DNA from: an archaeon
Lineage (GTDB): Archaea; Nanobdellota; Nanobdellia; Woesearchaeales; GW2011-AR15
Length of the DNA stretch: 64,000 nucleotides
Direction of reading: 5' to 3'
NCBI GenBank assembly: GCA_018657065.1
Contig: JABHXU010000016.1
Span: 6,333-70,332, forward strand
Part shown: one piece after another, positions 1 to 9,348 of the stretch
Layout: the number at the start of each line of letters is the position of its first letter
Numbering within the stretch: the first letter of the stretch is position 1
Position numbers and translations under genes: made by a program
Notes under the pieces: model-generated
Told to the model about the DNA's origin: nothing
What the model saw: only the letters and a program-made list of their open reading frames with translations
Database searches by the model: none

Positions 1-544
1 TTAAAAAACTAGTTTTGTAAATTTCCCAAACAGATTTGTATCTACTTATTACTCCTTTAGGAACATGTTCATTTGCTAAATCTATTCCAAACGGGGTAAA
101 ATCATTTTTCCATTGAGAAAAATCATCTGCACTAAAATATGCTTGAATAAAAGAAAGATCTAACATTAATCTTTCATCTATATGAATTTTAGAATCTGGG
201 TGTTTATGTCGACTATAATATTCTGGATGAATTTTAGCAGCGTTTATTAACCAATCATACATTTCTTGCCCAGTTGGTAATCCTTGAATTCCTGAAAGAA
301 CAGGTTCATCAACAAAGGTTTTTGCAAGATTATATGCACTTCTAGCAATAGTCATTGCATCATCTGAAGTTGTATCTGGAAGAATTTCGACTGGTGGTGC
401 ATTTGCTCCGCAAGAAGTTAATAATTTTGTACCAACTAATGCTGCCCCTGTTTTCCCTAATTTTTTTAAAAATTCACGCCTTGAAGTAGGTCTTAACATT
501 AAATCTTTAAACCATCCTTCTTCCAAATCATCTACTCCACTCAT
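1..544 (-). CDS. Hypothetical secreted protein with twin-arginine (Tat) signal peptide (about 180 aa; stop codon at 1..3)
   Basis: Reverse-strand ORF not in the supplied track (it touches the window edge). My own translation starts MSGVDDLEEGWFKDLMLRPTSRREFLKKLGKTGAALVGTKLL, i.e. a canonical S-R-R-x-F-L-K Tat motif followed by a hydrophobic h-region. No recognisable catalytic domain. Confidence 0.5.
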   Translation of the reverse strand, partial: MSGVDDLEEGWFKDLMLRPTSRREFLKKLGKTGAALVGTKLLTSCGANAPPVEILPDTTSDDAMTIARSAYNLAKTFVDEPVLSGIQGLPTGQEMYDWLINAAKIHPEYYSRHKHPDSKIHIDERLMLDLSFIQAYFSADDFSQWKNDFTPFGIDLANEHVPKGVISRYKSVWEIYKTSFL

Positions 545-675
545 AATTCTTCGCCTTCTTATTTTATTTTCATCAAAAAATATTAGTTATTTAAAAGTAG
601 TAAAACATACTTGATATAAGAATATTCTTACATTATAATTATTATATATAATTATATATTTATATTTCCAAAATA

Positions 676-685
676 TTTTTATATT
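676..685 (+). promoter_or_regulatory. TATA-box-like element (tttttatatt) about 25 nt upstream of the ATG at 707; likely archaeal promoter for a leaderless transcript
   Basis: AT-rich TATA-like octamer at the canonical archaeal distance from the start codon. No Shine-Dalgarno sequence is present. Confidence 0.3.
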
Positions 686-706
686 CCAAAATTATCCCCT
701 ATAAAT

Positions 707-1624
707 ATGAAAAGAAAAGTATGTAAAGTTGGGCCTGCAACACTTGTTGTATCTTTACCTGCAAGATGGGTTAAAAAATATGGTGTAAAGAAGGGAGATG
801 AGATCAATATAGAAGATAATAACAAAAATTTGATTCTTTCATTACATGAATTTAATCAAGACAAAAAAAGCATCAACATAACAATTAAAGAAGGTGAACC
901 GTTTTTAAGAAGATATATCAACAAATTCTATATGCTTGGATTCGACGAGATAAAGCTAACATACGTTGAAGAAAAAATTCTAGGTTTAATAGATAAAGAA
1001 ATAAATTCTCTTCCAGGATTCCAAATTATTGAGCAAGGAAAAAATTATTGTGTAATTGAAAATGTTAGTAAAGGGCTTGATGATAAATTTGAAATCATGT
1101 TAAAAAGATTATTTTTTATAATAATAGAAATGATGAAAGAAATAATAAATGCCACAAAAAATCAAGATTTTGACTCTTTGCAAAACATTAACATAATGGA
1201 AAAATCCACAAATAAAATATATTTTTTTTGTAAAAGAATTTTAAACAAAGAAGGATTTATGCAAACATCACACTTAGGATTTTATCACTCTTTATTACAT
1301 TCTTTAGAAGCAATTGCTGATGATCTTAATGAATTCAGCAAAATTATTTTGCAAGAAAAAAAAATGCCAGAAAAAGATTTTTTTGAAGATATTTTAATTT
1401 TGTTCTCAGACAGTTTTGATCTGTTTAATTCCTTCAATAAAAAAAAGCTTCTTGGAGTACATAATAAAAATGATAATCTTTTTTCTAGCATTAAAAAAAA
1501 CATAAATAGAAACAACCCCCTACTAACCCATTACTTTCTATCAATTATTAAACATATACTGCATCTTGAACTGGCAATGAGCCACTTGCTTGATAAATTA
1601 CTTCAGGACGAGGCTGTTCAGTAA
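707..1624 (+). CDS. PhoU-domain regulatory protein with N-terminal AbrB/SpoVT-like swapped-hairpin domain (archaeal 'phosphate uptake regulator'-type)
   Basis: The N-terminus MKRKVCKVGPATLVVSLPARWVKKYGVKKGDEINIE matches the AbrB-like 'vtiPkeiRekLgikeGD' pattern. The remainder is helical and of PhoU-like length (305 aa). Confidence 0.5.
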   Translation: MKRKVCKVGPATLVVSLPARWVKKYGVKKGDEINIEDNNKNLILSLHEFNQDKKSINITIKEGEPFLRRYINKFYMLGFDEIKLTYVEEKILGLIDKEINSLPGFQIIEQGKNYCVIENVSKGLDDKFEIMLKRLFFIIIEMMKEIINATKNQDFDSLQNINIMEKSTNKIYFFCKRILNKEGFMQTSHLGFYHSLLHSLEAIADDLNEFSKIILQEKKMPEKDFFEDILILFSDSFDLFNSFNKKKLLGVHNKNDNLFSSIKKNINRNNPLLTHYFLSIIKHILHLELAMSHLLDKLLQDEAVQ

Positions 1625-3086
1625 AAGTTAATGGTGGCTCAACATATATTTGAAATTGATGCATAACTTCATCAGTATTCACTGCCCCATCTGGATAAGG
1701 ATGAAACACTGTTGGCAAAGAAATTTTCTTTTCCTTTTCAATCATAAGCATTTCACCTAAAGTACCAGCAATATAAGGATAACCTGAGTTAGCTTTGATA
1801 GGTATGTTTTCAACTATTTCTAACCAAGGAGCATCTATTAAATCTCTTAGTTTTGATTCTGTTAACAAATTACCTAACCTTCCAAATGCATTGAATTCAC
1901 CTTTGTATAATTCAGCAACTAAATCTTTCTTTGGATCTTTATTTCTTCTTGCAAGTTCACTTATAGCTTCTGCAGCAAAACTTAATAAATTATCTGCAAA
2001 TCCAACATTATAAGGATTAGAATTTCTATAAATTGGCAAATTAGCATTATGCTTTTTTTGACGTTCGCTTAACCTCATATTTGTACTACATTGAAATAAA
2101 CCATAATGAACTTTTGCTGCAAGATATATATCTTCATCAATTCTTGGTGAATCACCAGATAATTGAGAGTTATAAGAATCAATTAAATCACTTTCAAATA
2201 ATTTAATATCTTCAGCTGACCAAAGTAGTAAAGGGTTTGAAGTAATTGATAAAATTACACTTGCTAAATCTTCTTCAGGATTTGCCAAACCTGAATTTCC
2301 TGTATCAATAAATTCAAATGTTAAATTGTCACTTACAAACAGATTATTATGATTAAGATCTCTATGGGATAACACATAGCGGCTTTCATCACTTAAGTAT
2401 TTAATAAAAATCTGATCTGAGAATGCTTGCAACGTTTGGTTAGCTAATTCATTGATATCTTTTTCAGAATATCCAATTACAAAATTTAAAAAAAAATCTC
2501 TAAATATATCAACATAACTAGCTACTTCAAATCCAAAATGAAAGTCAGTTTTAACATCTGTTGCAGTTATTGAATCAGTTGGAGTACTATGCAGATCAGC
2601 TAACTTTGAAGCAAGTGAATGAACTATTGCCTTATATTGGCTACTATCTCTGTCAGCAGAAGGATTAATTCTATTTTCCAATTCTTCCATATCAAAAAAT
2701 AAAGTTCCAAGCTGATTCAATTGTAAGGCTTCAGACACTATTACTCCAACACCTAAATCTTCTAAAGTTGCACTTAAATAAACCTGGTCTGCGCGAAAAG
2801 AAGTAAAATTATTAGATGTTGCTTCTTCTTGAATAAATTCATCTCTTTTATACTCACCTAATTCAAAATCAAAAACTTTAATTGCAAATAATCTTTCTGA
2901 ATCTAAATCTTCTTCTGCACTAATTGAAAAAAAGTAAACATTATTTCTACTTTTGATAGGATTATCAAAAACTTTTACTTGATAATTTCCCCCTTCAACA
3001 TTAGGTTTTGTTAATCCTAAAGAAACTAAAAGATCGCCCTCATCCACTAGTGTTGAAAGTATATTTTGAAGTCCATTAGTTATCAA
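1548..3086 (-). CDS. Protein-kinase-like / aminoglycoside-phosphotransferase-fold protein
   Basis: The motif LSHRDLNHNNLFV resembles an HRD catalytic loop, and FIDTGNSG resembles a DFG-equivalent metal-binding loop. The N-terminal 200 aa are of unknown function. The ORF overlaps the 3' end of the convergent gene by 77 nt. Confidence 0.5.
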   Translation of the reverse strand: MITNGLQNILSTLVDEGDLLVSLGLTKPNVEGGNYQVKVFDNPIKSRNNVYFFSISAEEDLDSERLFAIKVFDFELGEYKRDEFIQEEATSNNFTSFRADQVYLSATLEDLGVGVIVSEALQLNQLGTLFFDMEELENRINPSADRDSSQYKAIVHSLASKLADLHSTPTDSITATDVKTDFHFGFEVASYVDIFRDFFLNFVIGYSEKDINELANQTLQAFSDQIFIKYLSDESRYVLSHRDLNHNNLFVSDNLTFEFIDTGNSGLANPEEDLASVILSITSNPLLLWSAEDIKLFESDLIDSYNSQLSGDSPRIDEDIYLAAKVHYGLFQCSTNMRLSERQKKHNANLPIYRNSNPYNVGFADNLLSFAAEAISELARRNKDPKKDLVAELYKGEFNAFGRLGNLLTESKLRDLIDAPWLEIVENIPIKANSGYPYIAGTLGEMLMIEKEKKISLPTVFHPYPDGAVNTDEVMHQFQIYVEPPLTFTEQPRPEVIYQASGSLPVQDAVYV

Positions 3087-3087
3087 C

Positions 3088-3612
3088 TCAAATCACCCCA
3101 AAAATTACGACTGCCGACAAAAGACATAAAATTCGAGTAATTAAATCTTTAAAAGTTAAGTTTTTAGTTATAATCTGGATAAGATAATCAAACATATACC
3201 TAAATAATAAAATAAGTGGACCTATGACAGAAATTTCAAAACCTCTAAAAATAGGTATAAAGAAATAAAAAAAACCAAGCCAAACTAATGCTTTTGTAAT
3301 ATATTTGAACCTAAATTTGCCAAATATACCCTTTGAAAAAAACATAAAAAATAGTAAGATAAATACAGAAATTTGTGGATAATCATAATACGATGCAAAA
3401 ATTATCCCTATATCAATAAATGGAATGAAAAGTAAATTAAAGATCCCACTCACTCTCAGATACTCTCGGATAAGCTCGAGAATTCCAAATATCAATGCAA
3501 AAATAACAATCTTATTTGATAAATAAACAAGTGCTATTACTAGAAGTAAAATCTTTACAATTCTAAGTGAATAATCATTATCAATTTGAAATGATTTGAT
3601 TTTTAAATACAT
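3088..3612 (-). CDS. Polytopic membrane protein, unknown function
   Basis: A 174-aa ORF with 4-5 hydrophobic segments. It lies immediately upstream of the kinase-like gene with a 1-nt gap. Confidence 0.4.
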   Translation of the reverse strand: MYLKIKSFQIDNDYSLRIVKILLLVIALVYLSNKIVIFALIFGILELIREYLRVSGIFNLLFIPFIDIGIIFASYYDYPQISVFILLFFMFFSKGIFGKFRFKYITKALVWLGFFYFFIPIFRGFEISVIGPLILLFRYMFDYLIQIITKNLTFKDLITRILCLLSAVVIFGVI

Positions 3613-3731
3613 TTTAATAAATTAATAAATCGCCCTTTATAAATGTTTCGTTATTTTTACTACTATAGAGTAATTAATTATTAAAACTTAACAAAAAGTA
3701 TATATTCTAACATTTATTATAAGTAAATGTT

Positions 3732-4391
3732 ATGGTAACTATAGCACATTTAACAAAACAAATTCTACAAGAAAAACCCTTTATTCATGAAGCATTAGAA
3801 AGAAATCTAATAAATATAATTGCTTTAGCAGAACATATAAAACCTGAAATTGAAAAAGAACTTGGACAAGTAAAAACTTCAGCTGTTTCTATGGCTATTC
3901 GTAGATACATTGAATCAACAAAAAAAAAATTCGAGAAATTCAAAATTACAAAAAAAGTTGATATTTTAATTAAGTCAAATTTATGTGAGATTTCATTATC
4001 AAAATCTAATACTATTTTTGATAAACTAATGAAACTCTATAAGATTGTAGACTTTGAAAAAGGTGATACACTTAATATTATTCAAGGTAATTATGAAATT
4101 TTAATTGTAAGTAATGAAAAATATGAAAAAAAAATAATTAAAATTTTAAAAGGAGAAAAAGTTAAAGCAATTAATAGAAACATGGCATCAATTTCTTTAC
4201 CAATCCCTGATGAAATGATAGATACTCCTGGATATTATTATGTTATGACAAAAACTCTAGCTCTGAATAATATTTCTATTATAGACGTTGTTAACACTGA
4301 AACAGAAGCAACATTTATTTTACATGATAAAGATATTGCAAGAGCATACAATATATTAAAAAAAGAAATAAGTGTTGAATACTATGAATAA
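3732..4391 (+). CDS. Hypothetical protein (possible HTH-like N-terminus, ACT-like C-terminus)
   Basis: A 219-aa ORF with coding-like composition. It carries a weak HTH-like segment, LINIIALAEHIKPEIEKELGQVKTSAVSMAIRRY. Confidence 0.35.
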   Translation: MVTIAHLTKQILQEKPFIHEALERNLINIIALAEHIKPEIEKELGQVKTSAVSMAIRRYIESTKKKFEKFKITKKVDILIKSNLCEISLSKSNTIFDKLMKLYKIVDFEKGDTLNIIQGNYEILIVSNEKYEKKIIKILKGEKVKAINRNMASISLPIPDEMIDTPGYYYVMTKTLALNNISIIDVVNTETEATFILHDKDIARAYNILKKEISVEYYE

Positions 4392-4393
4392 TA

Positions 4394-6058
4394 TTAAACA
4401 GCATCAAAAAGTTTTACAGCTTTTTCCCTAACTAATAATAAAAACCCTGCTAATTTAGGTCCTCTTTCTTTGTTAAGTAAAACTTTATATGCTGCTTGAA
4501 AAAATTCTCCAGTAGGAATATCAACTTCATCTCTACAAATAGTATAAAATTCATTGTAAAGTGTTTGTTCAGTCCATTTCCCATGTTTAAGTTTCTCAGC
4601 TAATATTTTTAGTGCTTGTCTTTGTTTATCATTCAATTCAACATCAGGTACTTTTTTTTGTAATTCAAATTTATAGTCCTCTGGTGCAAATTCATCTATC
4701 CATTTTTTTGCAAATAATAATCTTTCTTTTACATACTCAATTTCTTGCTTAGATGCGTCTTTATACACATGTCCTGATTCTTGAAGATTTTTTATTACAT
4801 CATCTATCTCTTCATAAATTTGAAGAAGTGTCGAAGCATGTCTTAAAGAAAACTGTGGTGGAATTCTATCAGGAATTTTTCCAATATAACTTAATTCATA
4901 TATTCTTTTTAACTTGATATTATCTTTTTCACCAAAATCTTCTTCTCCAAAATAAGCTCTTTCTGCTTTGTCATATCTTTCATAAAGCAAGACAATGTCA
5001 TTAGTTCCATAAGGATCAAAATCTATTACTGCATTAGGTCTAGTTCTTACTAGTAAAAATCTAAGCATTGGTGCAGGTGCAATACTTGTTGAATTTGCAA
5101 AACCTATACCTCTTCCTTTACTTGTTGACATCTTTTTACCACCAACAGTAAAAAATTCATATCCTGGACCTGTATAATATCCTTTAGAAGGATATGGTGG
5201 TGGATAATTTAAAACATCAACACAAATCCTACATGCAACTGTTCTGCTTCCTCCTTTTGTAAAATGGTCTTTTCCAGCTGTCTCAACAATAACTCCTTTT
5301 GCTGGCCATTTTGCTGCCCATTCAACTTTCCAAGGAAATTTCCCATTCCCATTATATGGTGAAATCCATCCAGATTCATTGCATCCTTTTGCCCAAGCAA
5401 CAACACCATCTTTACATTCAAACTTTATTTCTTCTTTTTCTGTATCCCATTCTAATGCTTTTGTTGTAGCAATCTTTCCACATTTAGGACATCTTACGTT
5501 AAAAGGAAGTTTATTAGCAGCACCTACATCATCTCCATATAAATCGGCAAATATTTTTTTTACCTTATCTGCATTATCAAGAATGATTTTAATTTGTTTA
5601 TTGAATGTACCTTTTTCATATTCTGCCCCAGTACTTTCAAGTTCACAAACAATTCCAAACTCTTCGAATTTATCAGTACAAAGTTTGAAATAATAATCTC
5701 CAAAACTATCATATCCTGGTTTAGGACTAGGAATATACTTAAATGGAACTCCTAAATACCTTTCATTTTCATCTTCAGTTAATAATTTGGAAGGTTTATC
5801 AAGTGGATCCATATCATCACTACTTAATACGAATTTAGCGTCAACACCTTTACTTCGAAGAGCCTTAGCAATTGCATCATGAATAACCCAACCACGTCCA
5901 GATCCAATATGAATTAATCCTGAAGGTGTTTTTTCATCATAGACAAAATAACCAGTCTTCTTTACTACTTCTTGTAAAAAAGGATCGCTTTCAACGCGTG
6001 CTATTGCTTCATCTGCTATCTGGTCTGCCCAGTGTTTAACTTCTTTGTCTTTTGCCAT
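4394..6058 (-). CDS. lysK: Lysyl-tRNA synthetase, class I (archaeal type)
   Basis: A HIGH-region variant (GLIHIGSGRG) and a clear KMSKS motif (GKKMSTSKGRG) are present. The 554-aa length is typical of class I LysRS. Confidence 0.85.
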   Translation of the reverse strand: MAKDKEVKHWADQIADEAIARVESDPFLQEVVKKTGYFVYDEKTPSGLIHIGSGRGWVIHDAIAKALRSKGVDAKFVLSSDDMDPLDKPSKLLTEDENERYLGVPFKYIPSPKPGYDSFGDYYFKLCTDKFEEFGIVCELESTGAEYEKGTFNKQIKIILDNADKVKKIFADLYGDDVGAANKLPFNVRCPKCGKIATTKALEWDTEKEEIKFECKDGVVAWAKGCNESGWISPYNGNGKFPWKVEWAAKWPAKGVIVETAGKDHFTKGGSRTVACRICVDVLNYPPPYPSKGYYTGPGYEFFTVGGKKMSTSKGRGIGFANSTSIAPAPMLRFLLVRTRPNAVIDFDPYGTNDIVLLYERYDKAERAYFGEEDFGEKDNIKLKRIYELSYIGKIPDRIPPQFSLRHASTLLQIYEEIDDVIKNLQESGHVYKDASKQEIEYVKERLLFAKKWIDEFAPEDYKFELQKKVPDVELNDKQRQALKILAEKLKHGKWTEQTLYNEFYTICRDEVDIPTGEFFQAAYKVLLNKERGPKLAGFLLLVREKAVKLFDAV

Positions 6059-6228
6059 AGACTAATAAGAATAGATAATAGATTAAAAAGGTTTTCTGAT
6101 TAGATAATAAAAATCTAACATGAAACAGGTATCATACTCCCCTCATTCTTAAAATTAGATTTTTAACTATGGAAATCAACCTAAATGTAGGGGTTTTAAA
6201 TTCTTCAATTTCCATATAACAAAAAATT

Positions 6229-6236
6229 TTTTATAT
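6229..6236 (+). promoter_or_regulatory. TATA-box-like element about 26 nt upstream of the epimerase start at 6259
   Basis: tttatatt lies at the canonical archaeal spacing from the start codon. It is preceded by an inverted repeat, tatggaaat...atttccata (6167..6217). Confidence 0.3.
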
Positions 6237-6258
6237 TAAATAATTTTGAAATAAAATA

Positions 6259-7239
6259 ATGGTTAGAGCTGTTATTACAGGAGGATGTGGGTACATTGGT
6301 AGGACAATTGCTCAAGGCTTAAAAAACAAATATTCCAAAATAATTCTAATTGATCTCGAAACATCAAATACTTCATAGATTAAATCAAAAAAAATTGAAT
6401 TTATTTGTGCTGATATTTGTAAAAAACAAACCCTAAAAAAGATTATAGAAAAAGGAGATCATGTATTTCACCTAGCTGCTCTAGGTGGATCTAGGCAAAT
6501 GCCATTTAAAATTTATGAAAAAATTAATGTAATAGGAACAAAAAACATTCTAGATGTTTCTATTGAAAATAAAGCTTCAAAGTTTTTTTTTATGAGCACA
6601 ATTTCAGTTATGAGTGGTAGTAGGCCTATACCTTTTGATGAAACAACAAAACCAATACCTAAGAGTATATATGGTATAACAAAATATAGAGCTGAAAAAT
6701 ATATTAAAAAAAAATCAAAAAAAAATATTACTTCAATTATATTTAGAGCACCTCTTATCTATGGACCTAGTCCCCATAAAGATTCAGGTATATTTAATAT
6801 TGTTAACATGCTAAATAAATCTTTTTACCCTATGGTAAATAAAGGACGAACTAAAATTGCTATGATTAATGTTCATAATCTCATTGAAATGATAAAAATT
6901 ACATTAAAAATAACAAACAAAAAAACTCATGTGTTTTTTGTTAAAGATAATGAAACTTTAACTATGCATGAATTAGTATCAATGCTTCAAAAAATAACCA
7001 AAATAAAAAATAAAATTATTTACATTCCTTCATTTTTTTTAACAATAGGATTTAGTATTATTAATATATATTCCAAGATCTTTAAAAAAAACACAAAACT
7101 TAACTATGATGTTTGGAAAGGTGCTGTTTCAAATCAATTTACTTATTCAATCACAAAAGTAAAAAAATTAGGATATAAACAAAAAAATAATTTAAAACAA
7201 GGTTTTAATGAAGTTTTAAGATCTTTAAATATGATTTAA
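6259..7239 (+). pseudogene. NAD-dependent epimerase/dehydratase (SDR family) interrupted by a single in-frame TAG at 6376..6378; either a pseudogene, a sequencing error or a read-through/recoded codon
   Basis: The ATG at 6259 gives MVRAVITGGCGYIGRTIAQG (a Rossmann GxxGxxG motif), then TAG. The same frame continues without further stops as IKSKKIEFICADICKK...DHVFHLAAL...YGITKYRAE (the YxxxK catalytic motif) to the TAA at 7237..7239. The total of 326 codons equals the length of the intact tandem paralogue at 7241..8209. Confidence 0.6.
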
Positions 7240-7240
7240 A

Positions 7241-8209
7241 ATGAAAATTATTGTTACTGGTGGAACTGGTTTTATTGGTGAACATTTAGTCAATAAATTA
7301 AGTAAAAATAAAAAAAACCAAATCCTTATTTTATCAAGAAAAAAACATAACCCTTCATTCTATTCTTTCTCTGGAAAAAAAAATATTAGTTTTAAAAATG
7401 GTATTGATATCTGTAACTTAAATCAGCTTTCAAAAGAGTTCAAAGGAGCAGACATAGTTTTTAATCTAGCTGCGATGGTATCATATAATCAAAAAGATAA
7501 ATTAAAACTAATTAAAATCAATAAGCTTGGTGCTATAAATGTTCTAAAAGCATGTAAAATTAACAATGTTTCAAAATTAATTCATCTAAGCTCTTCAGCG
7601 GCATTTGGATTTCCAAAAAAAATTATTACTGAAAATACTGAATTTAATTGGTCAAAACATAAAAAATGTGTATATTCTTACTCAAAATTTCTTGCAGAAA
7701 ATATTCTTCTAAACGACAGTATGAATGTTATTGTTGTTAATCCTCCTATGGTTATAGGTCCAGGAGACAAAAAAATATTCAAACTTATTGAACCTATATA
7801 CAAAGGAAAAATGTCAGTTTCTACAAGTGGAAGAAATTCATTTATTGATGTTAGAGATTTATCTGAATCTATGGTATTTTTAATGAAAAAAAAACTTGAT
7901 AATCAAAAATTTTTAGTTATTGGTGGAAATTATTCAATAAAAGAATTCAATAGCATTATTGCTTCACAATTAGGTGTAAAAAAACCAAGATACATTATTC
8001 CTAAAATCTTAGGACCAATAATTTGGAACTTAGTATATTTATATGAATTAATAGCTAAAAATCCAAAAATCAATTATGAAAATATGGTCTTAGCTTTTAA
8101 AGATAGAATTCATGATGATTCAAAAATTAGAAAATTAGGATTTAGTACTAAATATTCTGCTGAAGAATCTATCAAAGACACATTAGAATTTTATAAAAAA
8201 GAAAAATAA
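7241..8209 (+). CDS. NAD-dependent epimerase/dehydratase family protein (tandem paralogue of the upstream gene)
   Basis: VTGGTGFIGEHLV forms the Rossmann motif and YSYSKFLAE the YxxxK motif; the protein is 322 aa. Confidence 0.8.
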   Translation: MKIIVTGGTGFIGEHLVNKLSKNKKNQILILSRKKHNPSFYSFSGKKNISFKNGIDICNLNQLSKEFKGADIVFNLAAMVSYNQKDKLKLIKINKLGAINVLKACKINNVSKLIHLSSSAAFGFPKKIITENTEFNWSKHKKCVYSYSKFLAENILLNDSMNVIVVNPPMVIGPGDKKIFKLIEPIYKGKMSVSTSGRNSFIDVRDLSESMVFLMKKKLDNQKFLVIGGNYSIKEFNSIIASQLGVKKPRYIIPKILGPIIWNLVYLYELIAKNPKINYENMVLAFKDRIHDDSKIRKLGFSTKYSAEESIKDTLEFYKKEK

Positions 8210-8211
8210 AA

Positions 8212-9270
8212 TTAAATCTTTTTTAATGCTTTATCAACTTCAGATGCTGGCCATTTGTTATCTGTTAAAACTTTTTTTATATCTTTATCATCATATCCTT
8301 GTTTTCTGTATTTTTCAATAAATGGCTTAAGTCTCTCATGATGTTTTGTATCTTCTTTTTTTGTTTTATCAGAAGCTTTTTTCTCTAAAGTTTTTTGATC
8401 TGGTTCTTTATAGTTAAGATAACTAGTAACTTCATCTCTTAATTCTTTAGGCATCTTCATTGGCATTGCAATTGACACATAAAATAATGTAAAATAAACA
8501 ACCTTAATCATTTCAACGGTAATGTTGGCTGCAACATTAAATGCAATCATGACTAAAAATATGAAAACTAGTGGCAACCAAGTTCCAGTAAAAAATAATA
8601 ATGCAAAACCAACTAATATTCCTAAAAATAATATTCCTCCAACCATTGATTTTAAGGTGTTTCCTACAAAATCAATACCAAATACTCCTGCAAGAGCTCC
8701 AGGAACATTATTCTTTAATTCTTTAAGATCTTTTGCTGCTTCAGTAATTGTTTTCTCAGTTACAATTGACGCAGGAAGTAAAAAGTTTCCAATTAAATCC
8801 CAACCTTCTTCAATTATTTTTGATAACCCTGCTAAAATAATTCTAAAAAAAATACCTACACCTGAATTACTCTTATTTTTTAATTGTCTAGAAAAATGTG
8901 TAAGTAAAATGTCTAACGCACCTAATGCAAAAATATCTCCTCTATTTGCTTTTGCTCTTTTAATTCCGTCCGCATAATCTGTTTTTTCTCCAATAAACGT
9001 TTGATATACTATCCAAGACTGAGCAGCTTTATATTTAACTTCAATAAAAGGAAATATTAACATTAAAACTAATGCCATAACTATTATTCCTATTTGTCCA
9101 ACTCCACCTAAATTTGGAATAAAAAGTAAAACAATGCTAACAATCATTAAAAAATAAAAAAATGCTGCAATTTTTACTTGAGCCCATGTTGGCTTTAAAA
9201 TGTCTTTGTTACGAGCAACCAAACTTGTTGTATTTTTTAAAAGATTTAGTGTATCATTAATTCTTCCCAT
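8212..9270 (-). CDS. Membrane protein with lysine/acidic-rich cytoplasmic C-terminal tail, unknown function
   Basis: The 352-aa ORF has several TM segments, and its C-terminus is KE-rich (KKASDKTKKEDTKHHERLK...). Confidence 0.4.
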   Translation of the reverse strand: MGRINDTLNLLKNTTSLVARNKDILKPTWAQVKIAAFFYFLMIVSIVLLFIPNLGGVGQIGIIVMALVLMLIFPFIEVKYKAAQSWIVYQTFIGEKTDYADGIKRAKANRGDIFALGALDILLTHFSRQLKNKSNSGVGIFFRIILAGLSKIIEEGWDLIGNFLLPASIVTEKTITEAAKDLKELKNNVPGALAGVFGIDFVGNTLKSMVGGILFLGILVGFALLFFTGTWLPLVFIFLVMIAFNVAANITVEMIKVVYFTLFYVSIAMPMKMPKELRDEVTSYLNYKEPDQKTLEKKASDKTKKEDTKHHERLKPFIEKYRKQGYDDKDIKKVLTDNKWPASEVDKALKKI

Positions 9271-9348
9271 ATTTTTTCATTTTGTTATCCAAATATTTAA
9301 ATATTTCTCACTACCACTTAAAATAATAATTAAACAGATACACTTGAG

